A DNA stretch of 64,000 bases from Diplonema japonicum (Eukaryota > Protista > Euglenozoa: Diplonemea): the NCBI GenBank assembly GCA_964019335.1, contig OZ025698.1:186001-250000 (forward strand), given 5' to 3'. How positions within the stretch are numbered: the stretch's first letter is position 1; every line of letters begins with the position of its first letter. Positions 36,364-47,852 of this stretch are shown here, piece by piece. Both the position numbers and the translations under genes were made by a program. The notes beneath the pieces were generated by a model. That model saw only the letters and a program-made list of their open reading frames with translations, ran no database searches and was not told where the DNA came from.

Positions 36364-37136
36364 CCCATTGGGCATACTTTTCGCTCACGGGCACTGCAAA
36401 GTTCTTGAAGCTTGCCTTAGGAGACATACTAGGCTCTGGTTCAGAATCGGGAGGGCCGAATCTCGGGGCCTGTTCTTGATGGTGTGTTGTTAGCAATGCA
36501 TACCCCTTCCTGCCCTGCGCGCGCCGTTTCTTCGTTCTTGTTGGTGTTGCTCACACTGTTGACCCCTTGCACAGGCGGACTTTGTGTCACGGACGGCATC
36601 CTTTCTAAACTCGTGTCTGACTGTTTCCTCCCATGTCTCCACTGCTCTGCAGGGGATTTCCAATTTCCTTTTTTCTGAAGCTGTGCGGAGTTGTACAAAT
36701 CCCGTGATTCTGTGGACCATTCGACTTTGGTTGTCGCACCCAAGAATGTCGAGGATATGGTCTCGTACAGCTCTGTCATCTTCTTGAATTCCTCTTCTGT
36801 GGAGTCGGTCAAGTTCCTTCTGTCGGGTGCGAACTTTACCAACAAATCGTGTTCAGGGTGCGCAAGGGAGAGCCACAGTTGCCACACACCTTCGCTGTCT
36901 TTCTGCATTACGGACCTTTTCACTGAGTCGAATTTCAAGTACCTCTTCACTTTGCTGCTCGTGTCAGTCAGCAGCAAACAGTACCTCGACACGATAAACA
37001 CACGGTCCTGCAGCTTCCCATTATGGTTGACCTTCTGGCATATCCTGATATACGCCATCTCCTTGTCCTCGTTGAACCCCTTCAAATCGCCCCCCACCTT
37101 TGCAGGCACAAAGTTCAACTTCTTAACTGCCTGCAT
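36015..37136 (-). CDS. Hypothetical protein with N-terminal PH-like domain and S/P-rich tail; 2 introns
   Basis: KVNHNGKLQDRVFIVSRYCLLL; three ORFs join by GT-AG introns, the second containing the long poly(A) run at ~36318-36363. Confidence 0.65.
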
Positions 37137-37467
37137 GTATTGTGTTCAAAAAATTGTCCCAAACAGCATACCGTCACTCCTATGACCTTCCCCTCGCTAT
37201 TGACCATAGGCCTTGGAGATGACTCACCACCGATCATTGTCTATACCTATGTGGTGGTTAGGGTTCGAAGAAATCGCGAATATGCTCACTGATAAAGATA
37301 CGTATGCTCAAACACTGCACTGCACGGTCTTTCAAGGCCTACCAGTAAAGCAGCAGACGAAAGACCAACGGAAGGCAAAAAAAGACAAAACCGAAGACAA
37401 AGTAGACAAATGATAATGGGGATGGGATAAAGAGCCAGTTTGCTACCTCCTCCTGTCACGAGACATT

Positions 37468-38434
37468 TTAGTTGTAGACACCATTCTTTCTCCACGTGTA
37501 CTCCTCGTAGCTTGCCTCACCGTACTTCCTTTTGATCTCCGACTCAAAGAGGGAGCGGACATAGTCGTAGTCAGGTGTCTCCTCGTACTCAAGCGACCTG
37601 CAATACTGAATGAACCGAAGGAAAGCAGGGCTGTAGCCGTGGCAGAGTTCAGACAGGGCAGTAGACTCCTTTCCTGCGTGGATCAGCTCGTTACGCTTGC
37701 GCTTACTGTTACCACATGTAAGGCCCTGCCACGGGAGCCTCCCACGGAGCAGGTACAGGAACATGTACCCAATGGCTTCGAGGTCATCACGTCTGCTCGG
37801 CTCGTACCCTCTGTGGGTGTTCAGACCAACATAGCGCGACGTCCCTATCATGGGCCTGCCGAGCCTGAACTTGATATGCGACATGTCTGAGTGCCTGTAC
37901 TTCTTGGAGAGCCCGAAGTCAATGAGGTACACTTTGTGGGCATCGCTTCCCTTGCCCATCAGGAAGTTGTGCGGCTTGATGTCACGGTGTATGATGCCTG
38001 CGAGGTGCGTCTGTTCTATGCTATCGATGACTAAGGGGGACAGCAGGAGCACCGTCTGCTCGTCGAGTTGCCTGTCGCACTTCTGGAAAAGCTCTTCAAT
38101 GCTAGGCCCCAGCAGCTCCTGTATCAGCACGTTGTGGTCCTTCAAAGCGATCAAGCTGATGGCCTTCGGCACACGCAGCTCGCCCACTGTCGACCTCACG
38201 ATCGTGTTCATTATGGAAAATTCTGACTTCAGTTTGGGGCGGCTGTACTCTGTGTCTTCGATTTTCAGGCACACTTTGCATTTTTCATTGTCTTCGCTGA
38301 CACCCATGAAACAGTCCCCAAAGCTCCCGCTGCCTACCTTTTCCTTGATCACATACCCACCAATTGCCCTTCCCTTCCACCTGGCCTTTTCTTCGCTGTT
38401 TGCGCGTTTCCTCTTTCTCTCGCGCTCACCACGA

Positions 38435-38469
<35 letters not shown>

Positions 38470-38556
38470 ATCCCTGTCCCTGTCCCTATCACGGTGCTTC
38501 TTTGCGAGATAAGCGTCTTTCTCATACTTCTCGTTCCCGAGATCTCTTGACACCAT
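37468..38556 (-). CDS. CK1: Casein kinase 1 family kinase with N-terminal RD-dipeptide repeat
   Basis: GSGSFG, LLGPSIEELF, HRDIKPHNFL, DFGLSKKY, GTSRY, SRRDDLE, LPWQGL, PDYDY. Confidence 0.92.
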
Positions 38557-38906
38557 TGGCAAAAGATTTGCTCTGGTCAATGCCCTGTGCGTGATGGCTT
38601 GAAGTGAGGTGCAATAATAATAAAAAAAAAAAGAGGAGGGGGGTAAATTAGAACTAAAAGAAACTAAAAAATATAGCTTGTCCACAGAAGAATTATTTGA
38701 CCTTTTTCTTTTTTAGTTTCGATCTTTTCTTTTTTTATTTACTTTTTTTTTTCTTTTTTCTCGGACGAGTTCATATTTCTTTTTTTCTCCCCCCCGGAAA
38801 TAAAAACCAACGCAATAGCAGCGGTGTGACCCTCCCTCCCATTCTTCATTTACTACATTTTTTTTTCCTCTTCTTCTACCAAGGAAACATCAGTCCCATG
38901 TTGTGT

Positions 38907-39713
38907 CTAAAAGTCCAGCAAAATCGTGAGGAGGTAGATGGCAGCCACGCCCAGACTCAGCGACGCCAGCTTCCGTCGTGCGTCGCAAGGTTTCTTATTG
39001 AACTCGGAAGGCACGAGCTCCGATGCCCCCACATACATAAAGGTGCCAGCCGACAGGGCTTTAATGAGAGAGCTTGCTGCCGCTGGGAGTACCGAGCGAG
39101 CAAGGAACCCCAATAAGATACCTAGCGGAGTGGATAGAGCAAAGACGGCACCAAGCTGTGTGGCCTCGGCGGTGGGAACTGAAGCAGAGAGGAAACTAGA
39201 CCCAAGTGCTATGCCGGCAATACCTTTGTGGATGCCTATACCCAGTGTCATGAGGAGGACTGCTTTGGTTTCTACTTCTATACCTATGGTCAGACCTTCG
39301 ATCACTGAATGGAAGCTTAAAACTGCCATGAGCACGTGTCCCAATCCTAGCTTTCCAGGTCGGGTCTCAGTTCTTATGTCTTCACTCTCACTACGCATCT
39401 CTTGAGACTCTTCTTCTTGTAATTCGGTATAGCCGCTCTTCAGACTGGTATCCATTCCAAGAAGTGCGAGGTACCCTGTCATCATGACTAGGCTCGAGAT
39501 GTTGTATCCTTTGGGCAGGCCTTCCTCTGCTTCGGGCATCAAATGTATAACGGCCAACGACAGGAAGACTCCTGCAGCAAATGTATTCAATGGCCCCAGC
39601 AACCAATAATCCTGAGCCCCGATCTTTCGCACAGGCAACAGCACACCAGCAAGTGCCGCGACACCTAGGACCACACCAGACACCAACTTCAAGAAAGCCT
39701 CAAGCCCATTCAT
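38907..39713 (-). CDS. ZIP (SLC39) zinc/iron transporter
   Basis: FAAGVFLSLAVIHLMPEA, LSFHSVIEGLTIG, IGIHK, STPLG, SAGTFMYV. Confidence 0.92.
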   Translation of the reverse strand: MNGLEAFLKLVSGVVLGVAALAGVLLPVRKIGAQDYWLLGPLNTFAAGVFLSLAVIHLMPEAEEGLPKGYNISSLVMMTGYLALLGMDTSLKSGYTELQEEESQEMRSESEDIRTETRPGKLGLGHVLMAVLSFHSVIEGLTIGIEVETKAVLLMTLGIGIHKGIAGIALGSSFLSASVPTAEATQLGAVFALSTPLGILLGFLARSVLPAAASSLIKALSAGTFMYVGASELVPSEFNKKPCDARRKLASLSLGVAAIYLLTILLDF

Positions 39714-40199
39714 ATCCACCTGTGCGAATTATAAAATGATGAAGTCTCTGCACTGCCATCACCGTTCGTCGGAATAATAAGAAATAGAAGAAGAAGAAGG
39801 TCGCTTGTGACCCTGCTGGTTACAGTGCTAGAAAGGTCGACAAAGAAGCGAACTTCTCAGGTTCCGCCTCCCGTCGTGTTGGCGATATTGCTACACGGTG
39901 TGGCGTACTGCCGTCGGTGTATTTTTTTCTTTTTATTATTATTATTATATGAGCTTGTACAGGGCATGTTCGTAAACAGATTAAACACAGGCTTGAATGA
40001 TGGGAGAATCCAAACTTCTGTCCGAGAGAAGGGTGTCAGCTCAACGAAGCTTACGGACCACACCACTTCCTATTTTTTCGCATTCTCAATCATGATGGAC
40101 CAGAAACTCATGAGTCCTTCCCAATAATATGAATCAAATTATGGGATCGAATTTTATACCTCTATTACTATGTCTAAAGACACGGTCGGGTTGCTCCAT

Positions 40200-40490
40200 T
40201 CTAACTATTATGTGCAATCACAAAGACATGAACAAGTCAAGTGCTGCGTATGTCCTTCAGATGTTTTCACCTTTTGTATCTGTGGGCTCTGTCATCACGA
40301 GCGCCAGGTTGCGGCTGTGCATGAAGCAACGGTCACTCCACCATGTGTACAGAGGGCAGCAGCACCAAAGTGCAATGATATAGCTTTCCGTTTTGGCACC
40401 CGCCTTTAAGATTTTCTTGCTATATCAATATTATCGTCGAGGTGTGAAAAGAAATCTAGTTGATGGCAGCGTAATGAGCTATTCTATTAG
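40200..40490 (-). pseudogene. Possible decayed ankyrin-repeat fragment
   Basis: Frame-broken snippets AHYAAIN*, DNIDIARK, LKAGAKTE, SLHFGAA directly downstream of the ankyrin gene. Confidence 0.3.
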
Positions 40491-40538
40491 GTAAAGTCCT
40501 GCTCGTGCGCACAAACAAATAACTTTTTTTTTTCTTTC

Positions 40539-42626
40539 TTAATTCTGATTTGTCCCGGTGCATCCCGCTTTTTGTCGTTTCTCTGCCGCGAGCAAGTGCT
40601 TCACGACTTGATCCTCTCGACAGCTATATGTAGTGAGACCAGAAGCCTTTGCTTGTGCAAGGTTTAAAGGCGTCATCCCCTGACTGTCCTTTGTGAGCGC
40701 ACAAGCGCCCTTTGAGAGCAGGAACTCGACCACAATGTCTAAGGCCATAGCAGCCGCACAATGGAGGGGTGTACGGCCTGTTTGTTTATCCCCCCTTTTC
40801 CCCATCAAACTTGGGCACACCTTTGCCGTCTCTCGCATCCCTTTCGGCCTTATGCTCCATCAAGAGCTGCGAGCTGCTGACGTCTGTCGAGAGGTGGAGT
40901 GGAGTCTTCTCCTTGTTGTCCCTTGCCTTGACATCTGCACCACGCTGCACTAGGGTTCGAGCAGCAGACGGGTGGCGAGAAGCAACAGCGGCGTGAAGGG
41001 CAGTCTTACCCTCGTTGTCTCTAGCTTGGATATCAGCCCCGTGTCCAAGCAGAGCACAGACAGTCGCAGTGGTGTCACCCATTCTGGTGGACTCTCTAGC
41101 AACCTCGTGCAAAGGTGTGCGGCCTTCGTTGTCCCTGGCGTCGACATCCGCATTGTGCTGCAGCAAGAACAGCACGGTCTTTTCACTAACCAGTACGGCG
41201 CTGTGCAGAGGTGCTTTCCCATTGTTGTCCCGTGCGTTCACATCCCCATCGTCTTCAAGCAAGAGCGGCGCAACTTCATTCAGGTTGCGATTGGTAGTCT
41301 GCACCAAACGATGGAAAGGCCTGCACCCCAATCCGTCCGTCGCACTGACGTCAGCCCCGTGATGCAACAAGAGCAAAACGGTAGCCATCTCAACAGAACC
41401 GCTTACAGCAGTGTGGAGGGGTGTGAAGCCATCGTTGTTCCGCAGGAGAACAGAGTCTTGAGCAACGTGCCCATTCTCGAGCAAGATTTGGGCTAGATAA
41501 TCTGCCCCGGCCTGCAGCATCGTGTGCAGGAGTGTGTCTCCTGTGTTGTGGTATATCCCCCAAAAAGATTTTAAAGTTCACCTTGTGTGTCCACCAAATT
41601 CACAGAAGCCCCATGCTGCAGCAGGAGTGACATGCAAGTGAGAACCTCACTTCTCTGCTCTTCAGTCTCATCTGCAGAGTTGGACACAAGTTTCTGTAAA
41701 GCTGTGCGGCCGCATTTGTCTCTGGAGTTGACATCTGCCCCATACTGCAGAAGAAGCTGGACCAGCGCTGTGTTCCCACTGAACCCCGACAGGTAGGTGT
41801 GAAGCGGGGTACAACCTGTTGTGGAAATATCACAATCGCTCTAGTCACCATACCCTTATTGTCCTTTATGTTCGCATCTGCGTTGTGCTGCAGGAGGGCT
41901 TCGACAGCAGCGACTGAGCCACGCCGGCCATGCAGCCCCAACGCAAAGAACAACGGTGTGCGCCCTGCACATGGTTGCTTGGAAAATTTTAAAGAAAAAC
42001 ATACCTTCATCGTTCTTTGCAGCATCATCAGCCCCATGTTGCAGCAGGATGTTGACAACCTCTCCATGTCCAGAAATCGCAGCTCCATGGAGTAGTGAGC
42101 AACTTTGTCTGGTGTGACAATTTATGTGGTTAACATCCACATCGGTGTTCACAAGCAGAAACTCGACACACACAGCAAGGCAAGTAGGGTCGCTCACCGC
42201 CCTATAGAGCACATGACCTACTTTTTCCTTGTCTTTGCAAAGTCCGGCGATTAGAGCCAGGTATAGGATCTCCTGACGCCCTTCGTCATGTCTCCTGTTG
42301 TAAGCTGGAAGCTTCAAGCATTCCCACATATTTATTAAGTCTGCAGGGTATCCCATCTCTGTCAGCTGCACACGTGCCTCGAATTCCTTATGCAGCACCA
42401 CCTGCAGTGTGCTACAGTCCTCAAAGGGTACATCCCTTACCAGTCTCCCATCATTGACACCCCCAACTTCTTCCCCATCAAAGGTCAGGATGAATGTGTT
42501 TTTATACAGCTTGCACAACTCCGCAACATTATCCTTCATCCTCTGAAGGCTCTCAGTCGCTTCAGCGTTCACCATCACAGACTCATGGGGGAGCTTCACC
42601 TCAAGTAGCACAATAGGTATGTCCAT
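40539..42626 (-). CDS. Ankyrin-repeat protein with N-terminal ubiquitin-like domain; 4 introns
   Basis: Repeated GxTPLH...LL.HGADV motifs; introns 41965-42004, 41816-41853, 41541-41581, 40778-40820 restore a single frame. Confidence 0.85.
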
Positions 42627-42917
42627 TTTTTTTTTCTTCTCTTTATTTAATTCTGAGCAGCTCTCTTAAAGAATTTAGGCAGAAGAATAAAATCAGGTTA
42701 CTTATTATTCGTATTCCATGCCCAGGTCCACCCATGAAATAATAACTATTTATTTAGTGAAAATAAGATTATATGATTTTCATGTGTGGTGGCAGTGGTT
42801 TAAGGGTATATGACTTCATGAGTGAAGGAGTTCAACATGCCACCACAAGTGAAACTATTTTCACTAAATCCGTTGTTTTATTTAACATCAGTCAGATTTG
42901 AAAGGGTGGGGTATTAC

Positions 42918-43075
42918 CAGTGATGGGTGAATCCTAATTAGGACTAGACTGGACTGGACCGGACCGGATCCGGCATGAATTTCGACCCAATTATGCTGGA
43001 CTGACCAGACTGGACCAGACTGGACCGGACCAGACCGGACTGGACTGGACTGGACTGGACTGAACTGGACCGGAC
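42918..43075 (+). mobile_element. DNA-transposon end (TIR CAGTGATGGGTGAATCC) with GGACY pentamer subterminal repeats
   Basis: 17-bp perfect inverted copy ending at 46724; both ends followed by ACCCAATT and GGACT/GGACC repeats. Confidence 0.6.
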
Positions 43076-43199
43076 AAGATACCACCACAACACCACATCC
43101 CCCCCTCAAATGTATAAACAGATGTCTACAAGAAAAGATGTTACACAGGTACTGAGAGACAACAACAACAACAAAAAAAAAAAAAAACCTTTATCTTCT

Positions 43200-44260
43200 T
43201 TTTCAGGTGGTGGGGATAACATGAAAATATAAGAAAAACATCAGATGTGTTGTTTGCTGTTGACCTCCTCATCTGTTATCACTGAGCCACACGAGTGCAG
43301 AATCTTGGTTACCCAGGGTGCCCTGGCTAGGGTTGAGCTGAACCCCACACACATTAAGGACACAACACAGAGCACAGAAGAAGCTACAACTCAGCCACAG
43401 TGATTAAGGACACGATGCAGAACACAGAAGAAGCTACAACCTGGCTGTGGTGCACCCCCTGTAATCAAGTAGACAGTTCTTGTGCAGGGCACTGCCAACA
43501 CCAGCCTCCTTTAACTCTTGTATATTATTCCAAAGGCTGTGTGGAAAATATGAAAAATATAAACTAAATGCTGCCCTTAACAAGAAAAAGAAAAAAGAAA
43601 AAAAAAACACCAGCCCAAATTTACCCTTAAAAATCACTTCAAAAAAGGGTGCCCAGAAAGAGGCCAGAAGTGGACATTATGAGTGATGGTAGCACTGATA
43701 GCTCATCCCTATTATGCAATTTTGGTAAAGACAGTGATTCTGATACAAATTTGACTGATTCTGAGGAATTCCTGGAAGGCATCCAGTTTTGTGAAGATTG
43801 GAATCCTTGTGGACCCTGTTTTGACATCAGAGGCTCAACACAATGGGGATAGCATGAAAAAACATCAGATGTGTTGTCACTGTTGACCTCCTCATTGGTC
43901 ATCACCAGTAGCTCCCAAGTGGAAGAGGTGACAAACAGGCAGCAAGAGCTGTACACCACACACATTAAAGACATGACATGGAATGCAGAAGAAGCTACAA
44001 CTCGGTTGTGGTGTGCCCCCTGTAATCAAGTGTCAGTCATCACCAGTAGTGCCCAAGTGGGAGAACATAATGCAGATGCTCAGGGTGATGAATTGGCAGC
44101 AAACTGCATGAATGTTGGTTACCCTGGGTTGTGTTGCTCTGGCTGGGGTTAAGCTGCACACTGCACACATTAAGGACACAATGCAGAACACAGAAGAAGC
44201 TACAACTTGGCTGCAGTGCCCCCCCCTGTATCAAGTTAACAGTTCTTGTGCAGGTGCCAC
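43200..44260 (-). repeat. Several partial copies of repeat family A (SINE-like, A-rich tail)
   Basis: Matches the intronic copy 52270-52596 (GGTGGTGGGGATAACATG...GAAGAAGCTACAAC...CCCCCTGTAATCAAGT). Confidence 0.8.
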
Positions 44261-44323
44261 CAACATGATGAACAGGCATTTTCCTCCATCCACTTGGCTG
44301 GTCGTCACCTGTAGCACCCTGAG

Positions 44324-45927
44324 CAGTGTTGGTCAGTCCCATCCCATCCCCTAAAACGGAATACAGGCCTGGACGGGACTCGTGGGACTCATGGGACTCC
44401 CCAACACTGTCATTATTTTTGATAGTTTTGCAACTTTTTTTTTTTTTTTTTTATTTTCCCTTTGGAAAAAAAAAAAAAAAAATGGGGAAAAAAAAAAGAG
44501 AAAAAAATCCTTGATTTTTTTTGACATACATGATGTGTTTACCTTTTTTTTTCCCTTCTTTTTTTCTTGTCTTCTCACATTTTTTCACACACCTAAGCCA
44601 AGCTGTTGTTTCTGCTTTACACATCAAATGTTGTATTTGGATGTAATAGAAAAGGGGGGAAATAATAAATAATATGTATAAGAGGAGGGTGTGTATGTTT
44701 ATACAACCTGTGTAAACAGATCAGTTCCTTGCTTTCAGTGCCATGCCCCTGATGTGTGTGATGTACAGCTCAACCCCTGCATCACACTGCCTGTTTATTG
44801 CACATATTTTCATGTTATCCCCCCCCCACCTGAAAATAATATATAGGAGATAAATATATGAGTTAAAGGAGGCTGGTGTTGGCAGCACCCTGCACAAGAA
44901 CTGTCTACTTGATTACAGGGGGCACACCACAGCCGAGTTGTAGCTTCTTCTGCATTCTGCATCGTTTCCTTAATCACCATGGCCAGGATGTAGCTTCTTC
45001 TGTGTTCCACATCATGCCCTTAATCACTGCAGCCAGGTTCTTGCATTCCGTGTCATTTCCTTAACCACCACGGCTGGGTTGTAGCTTCTTCTGCATTCTG
45101 CATCGTGTCCTTAATCACTACGACTGAGTTGTAGCTTTTTGTGTTCCATGTCATTTCCTTAATCACGATGGCTGGACGGCTGGGTTGTAGCTTCTTCTGC
45201 ATTCTGTGTCGTGTCCTTAATGTGTGTGGTGTTCAGCTCAACCCCAGCCAGGGCACCCCAGGTAACCAAGATTCTGTGCTCATGTGGTTTGCTCAGTGAT
45301 GACAGATGAGGAGGTCAAAAGTGAACAACACATCTGATGTTTTTCTTATATTTTCATGTTATCCCCACCACCTGAAAAAGAAGATAAAAGATTTTTTTTT
45401 TTTTTTCCTACCAACAGTCAGCACCCCCATGCACACTGAAATTTTCTTTTTTTCTTTTTTTTTTTTGTATATTGTGCACCAGGAGGTGCACATTGTGACA
45501 CCTGCTTTTCCCTGTGCAGCATAGTGGTACATGTAAAAAAACATTGCATTGTATTTTTCTTGCAAAGGCCTCTTTTTAATATTTTTTTCAAAGCAGGTCT
45601 CCAAACCCCCTGACATTTTTTTTAATTTTTTTTTTTTTACATAGCCACAACAAGGTAGTATGAGCCTTGCCTCACATCCCACCCAAACCTAGGACCTCTT
45701 ATTTTGAACTTTTGAAACCAAAAGTACCAAAAAAATGCAAGCCCCAGCCTAAATTTGGGTCTTTGTGACACAAAAAACACAAAGAAATTTTTTGGTCCCA
45801 AGAGTCCCCTGAGTCCCTTGAGTCCCTTCAGTCCCCTGAGTCCCCTCCAGACCCCTGAAAATTTCAGGGGACTCCTGTCCTGTCCCTTGGAGTCCCCTGA
45901 GTCCCTCAAGGGTCTGGACCAACACTG
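44324..45927. mobile_element. Non-autonomous TIR DNA transposon, 1604 bp, 11-bp TIR CAGTGTTGGTC, 7-bp TSD CCCTGAG
   Basis: TIRs at 44324 and ending 45927; CCCTGAG on both flanks; flanks rejoin into one family-A copy; GAGTCCC(C)T subterminal repeats. Confidence 0.8.
44860..45390 (+). repeat. Family A copy in opposite orientation with internal tandem amplification of a ~40-bp subunit
   Basis: GTTGTAGCTTCTTCTGCATTC...CCTTAATCAC repeated about 6-7 times; ends CCACCACCTGAAAAAG. Confidence 0.75.
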
Positions 45928-46321
45928 CCCTGAGTGGAAGAACAAATTGCAGATGCTCAGGGTGAGTAAACTACTTAGGGCACCAGCTGGGGTTGAGCTG
46001 CACACCACATGCATTAAGGACACGATGCGGAACGCAGAAGCGGCCAAGGTGCACCCCCTGTCACTGGTCTCCTTTACCTCTTTCATGTTATTTGGTGGTG
46101 GGGATTACAGAAATATGGAAATATAAGAAGTACATCAGATGTGTTGTTCACTGTTGACCTCCACGTCGGTCATCACTGGTAGCGCCCGAGTGGAGGAACG
46201 TATTGCAGATGCTCTGGTGTTGAGCTGCACACTGCACACATTAAGGACACGACACGGAATATTGTGCTGTCAGTGTTGTGGTGATATAGTCACCACTTTC
46301 GACCTTGATGATGCAAAGAGG

Positions 46322-46357
<36 letters not shown>

Positions 46358-46610
46358 TAAGGAATTCCCTGTTCCACCAAGTTCCGGTTCCACTGGTTCC
46401 ACCGTTCCACCAAGCTCCGACTTTTCAGTTTGGTGGAAGGGAACGGAATGACCCACCCCTGCATGAGCAGAATCTGGTTACCCGGGACGCCCCGGCTGGG
46501 GTTGAGCTGAACACCGCACACATTAAGAACACGACACGGAACGCAGAAGAAGCTGTGGTGTACCCCCTGTAATCAAGTAGTCTTGTGCAGGTCCTTTAAC
46601 TCATATATCT
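45928..46610 (-). repeat. Further family A fragments, interrupted by a transposon end (CAGGGGTGGGTC, minus, ending 46461, GTTCCAC repeats)
   Basis: Direct similarity to 52270-52540; family A sequence resumes exactly after 46461. Confidence 0.65.
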
Positions 46611-46635
46611 CTCACCACGGCCGGGTTGTAGCTTC

Positions 46636-46724
46636 GGTCAGTCCGGCCGATCCGGTCAGTCTGGTCAGTCCGGTCAGTCCGGTAAATTGGGTACACCGGA
46701 CCGGACCGGATTCACCCATCACTG
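46636..46724 (-). mobile_element. Inverted partner end of the CAGTGATGGG TIR element
   Basis: GGATTCACCCATCACTG preceded by GGTCAGTCC repeats. Confidence 0.6.
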
Positions 46725-46744
46725 CTTGCAGGCACCAAGTGGGG

Positions 46745-47320
46745 GTGCAAGGCATCGACCCTCCATACTGTCTACCTCACCTATGTCTTACCTGTGGTGA
46801 GATACGCCCTTGGAGTGTGCGGACCCACCCTGACAGCCAGAGACATCGCAATGCTGGAAGTAGCACACAACACAGCAGCATGCATCATAACAGGCTGCCT
46901 TCCTACAACACCTATCCAAGACCTCCTGAAAATCGCAAGGTTATGGCTGGTATGGGAGATGATAAAATACAAGACATCATCCATGTATGAGAAGCTTGTA
47001 AGGATGGAGGGAAACAAAGGCCAACAAGGCAGAGAGAGGACACAATGGTGGGAATCTGGACACAGCTGTGGCGGCTTCTGAAAGGCAAGGGAGCGACCCT
47101 CACACTGCGGTACATCCTAAGTCACCGTGGTATTGCAGGGAATGAAGTGGCTGACAGGTTGGCAGCGGCGGGTGTGAAAGAACAACAGAGGCAGCCAGTG
47201 AGCCTTGGAGCAGCGAAAAACAAGCTCCGGAAATGTGCAAAAGACAGGATTGATGCAGAGCTGGACAAGCAGACAGCCTACCAGAAGCTGACAAAGGGCA
47301 AGGAACCCCCAAAGAGACAC
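46745..47320 (+). pseudogene. Non-LTR retrotransposon relic (RT C-terminal region + RNase H; Ingi/I-like)
   Basis: RYALGVCGP...LEVAHNTAACIITGCLPTTPIQDLL and frame-shifted LRYILSHRGIAGNEVADRLAAAG; internally deleted. Confidence 0.8.
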
Positions 47321-47852
47321 ATGCTAGTGTGCACTTCAGGTGTGCATGTGTCAAAAATAACCCCCCCTCGACCTTCATACTCCTCCCGAACTAACACGAT
47401 CAGTGCATTCACGTCCGCCCCTGTGTGTGATTCACCCTCTGAGTATCCGACCAGCCCAGAAATGTTGGCACTGGTGGCGTCTGTGCTTAACGGCAACAGG
47501 GTCTTTTCGATGCTTTGCTTCACTCTTCTCGAGCCCTTGCCTCCTTCTCGAATCCGGGCCCCTTTGCCAGCAGCGTGTCTGGTGTCGGTATCTTCATGTG
47601 CGAGCTCCACCAATGGGATGCTGAGAAGGCGTGTTTGCTGCTTGGTGGTGGTGGTGCCTGCGACCAAACACAACATCGCCCACCAATCTATGAACTCCTG
47701 TCCCACCACGGGGCAAAGCACTGCCTGTTGAGGTCCTTCGAAGATTTTGACACTCAGGCACCTGGCTTTCCCTGTTGAAGTTTCAGCCAAAAAAAATTCT
47801 CGCATCATTCTCGCATGCGAGAATTTGGTGCGAGTCGTCTCACCACTATGCC

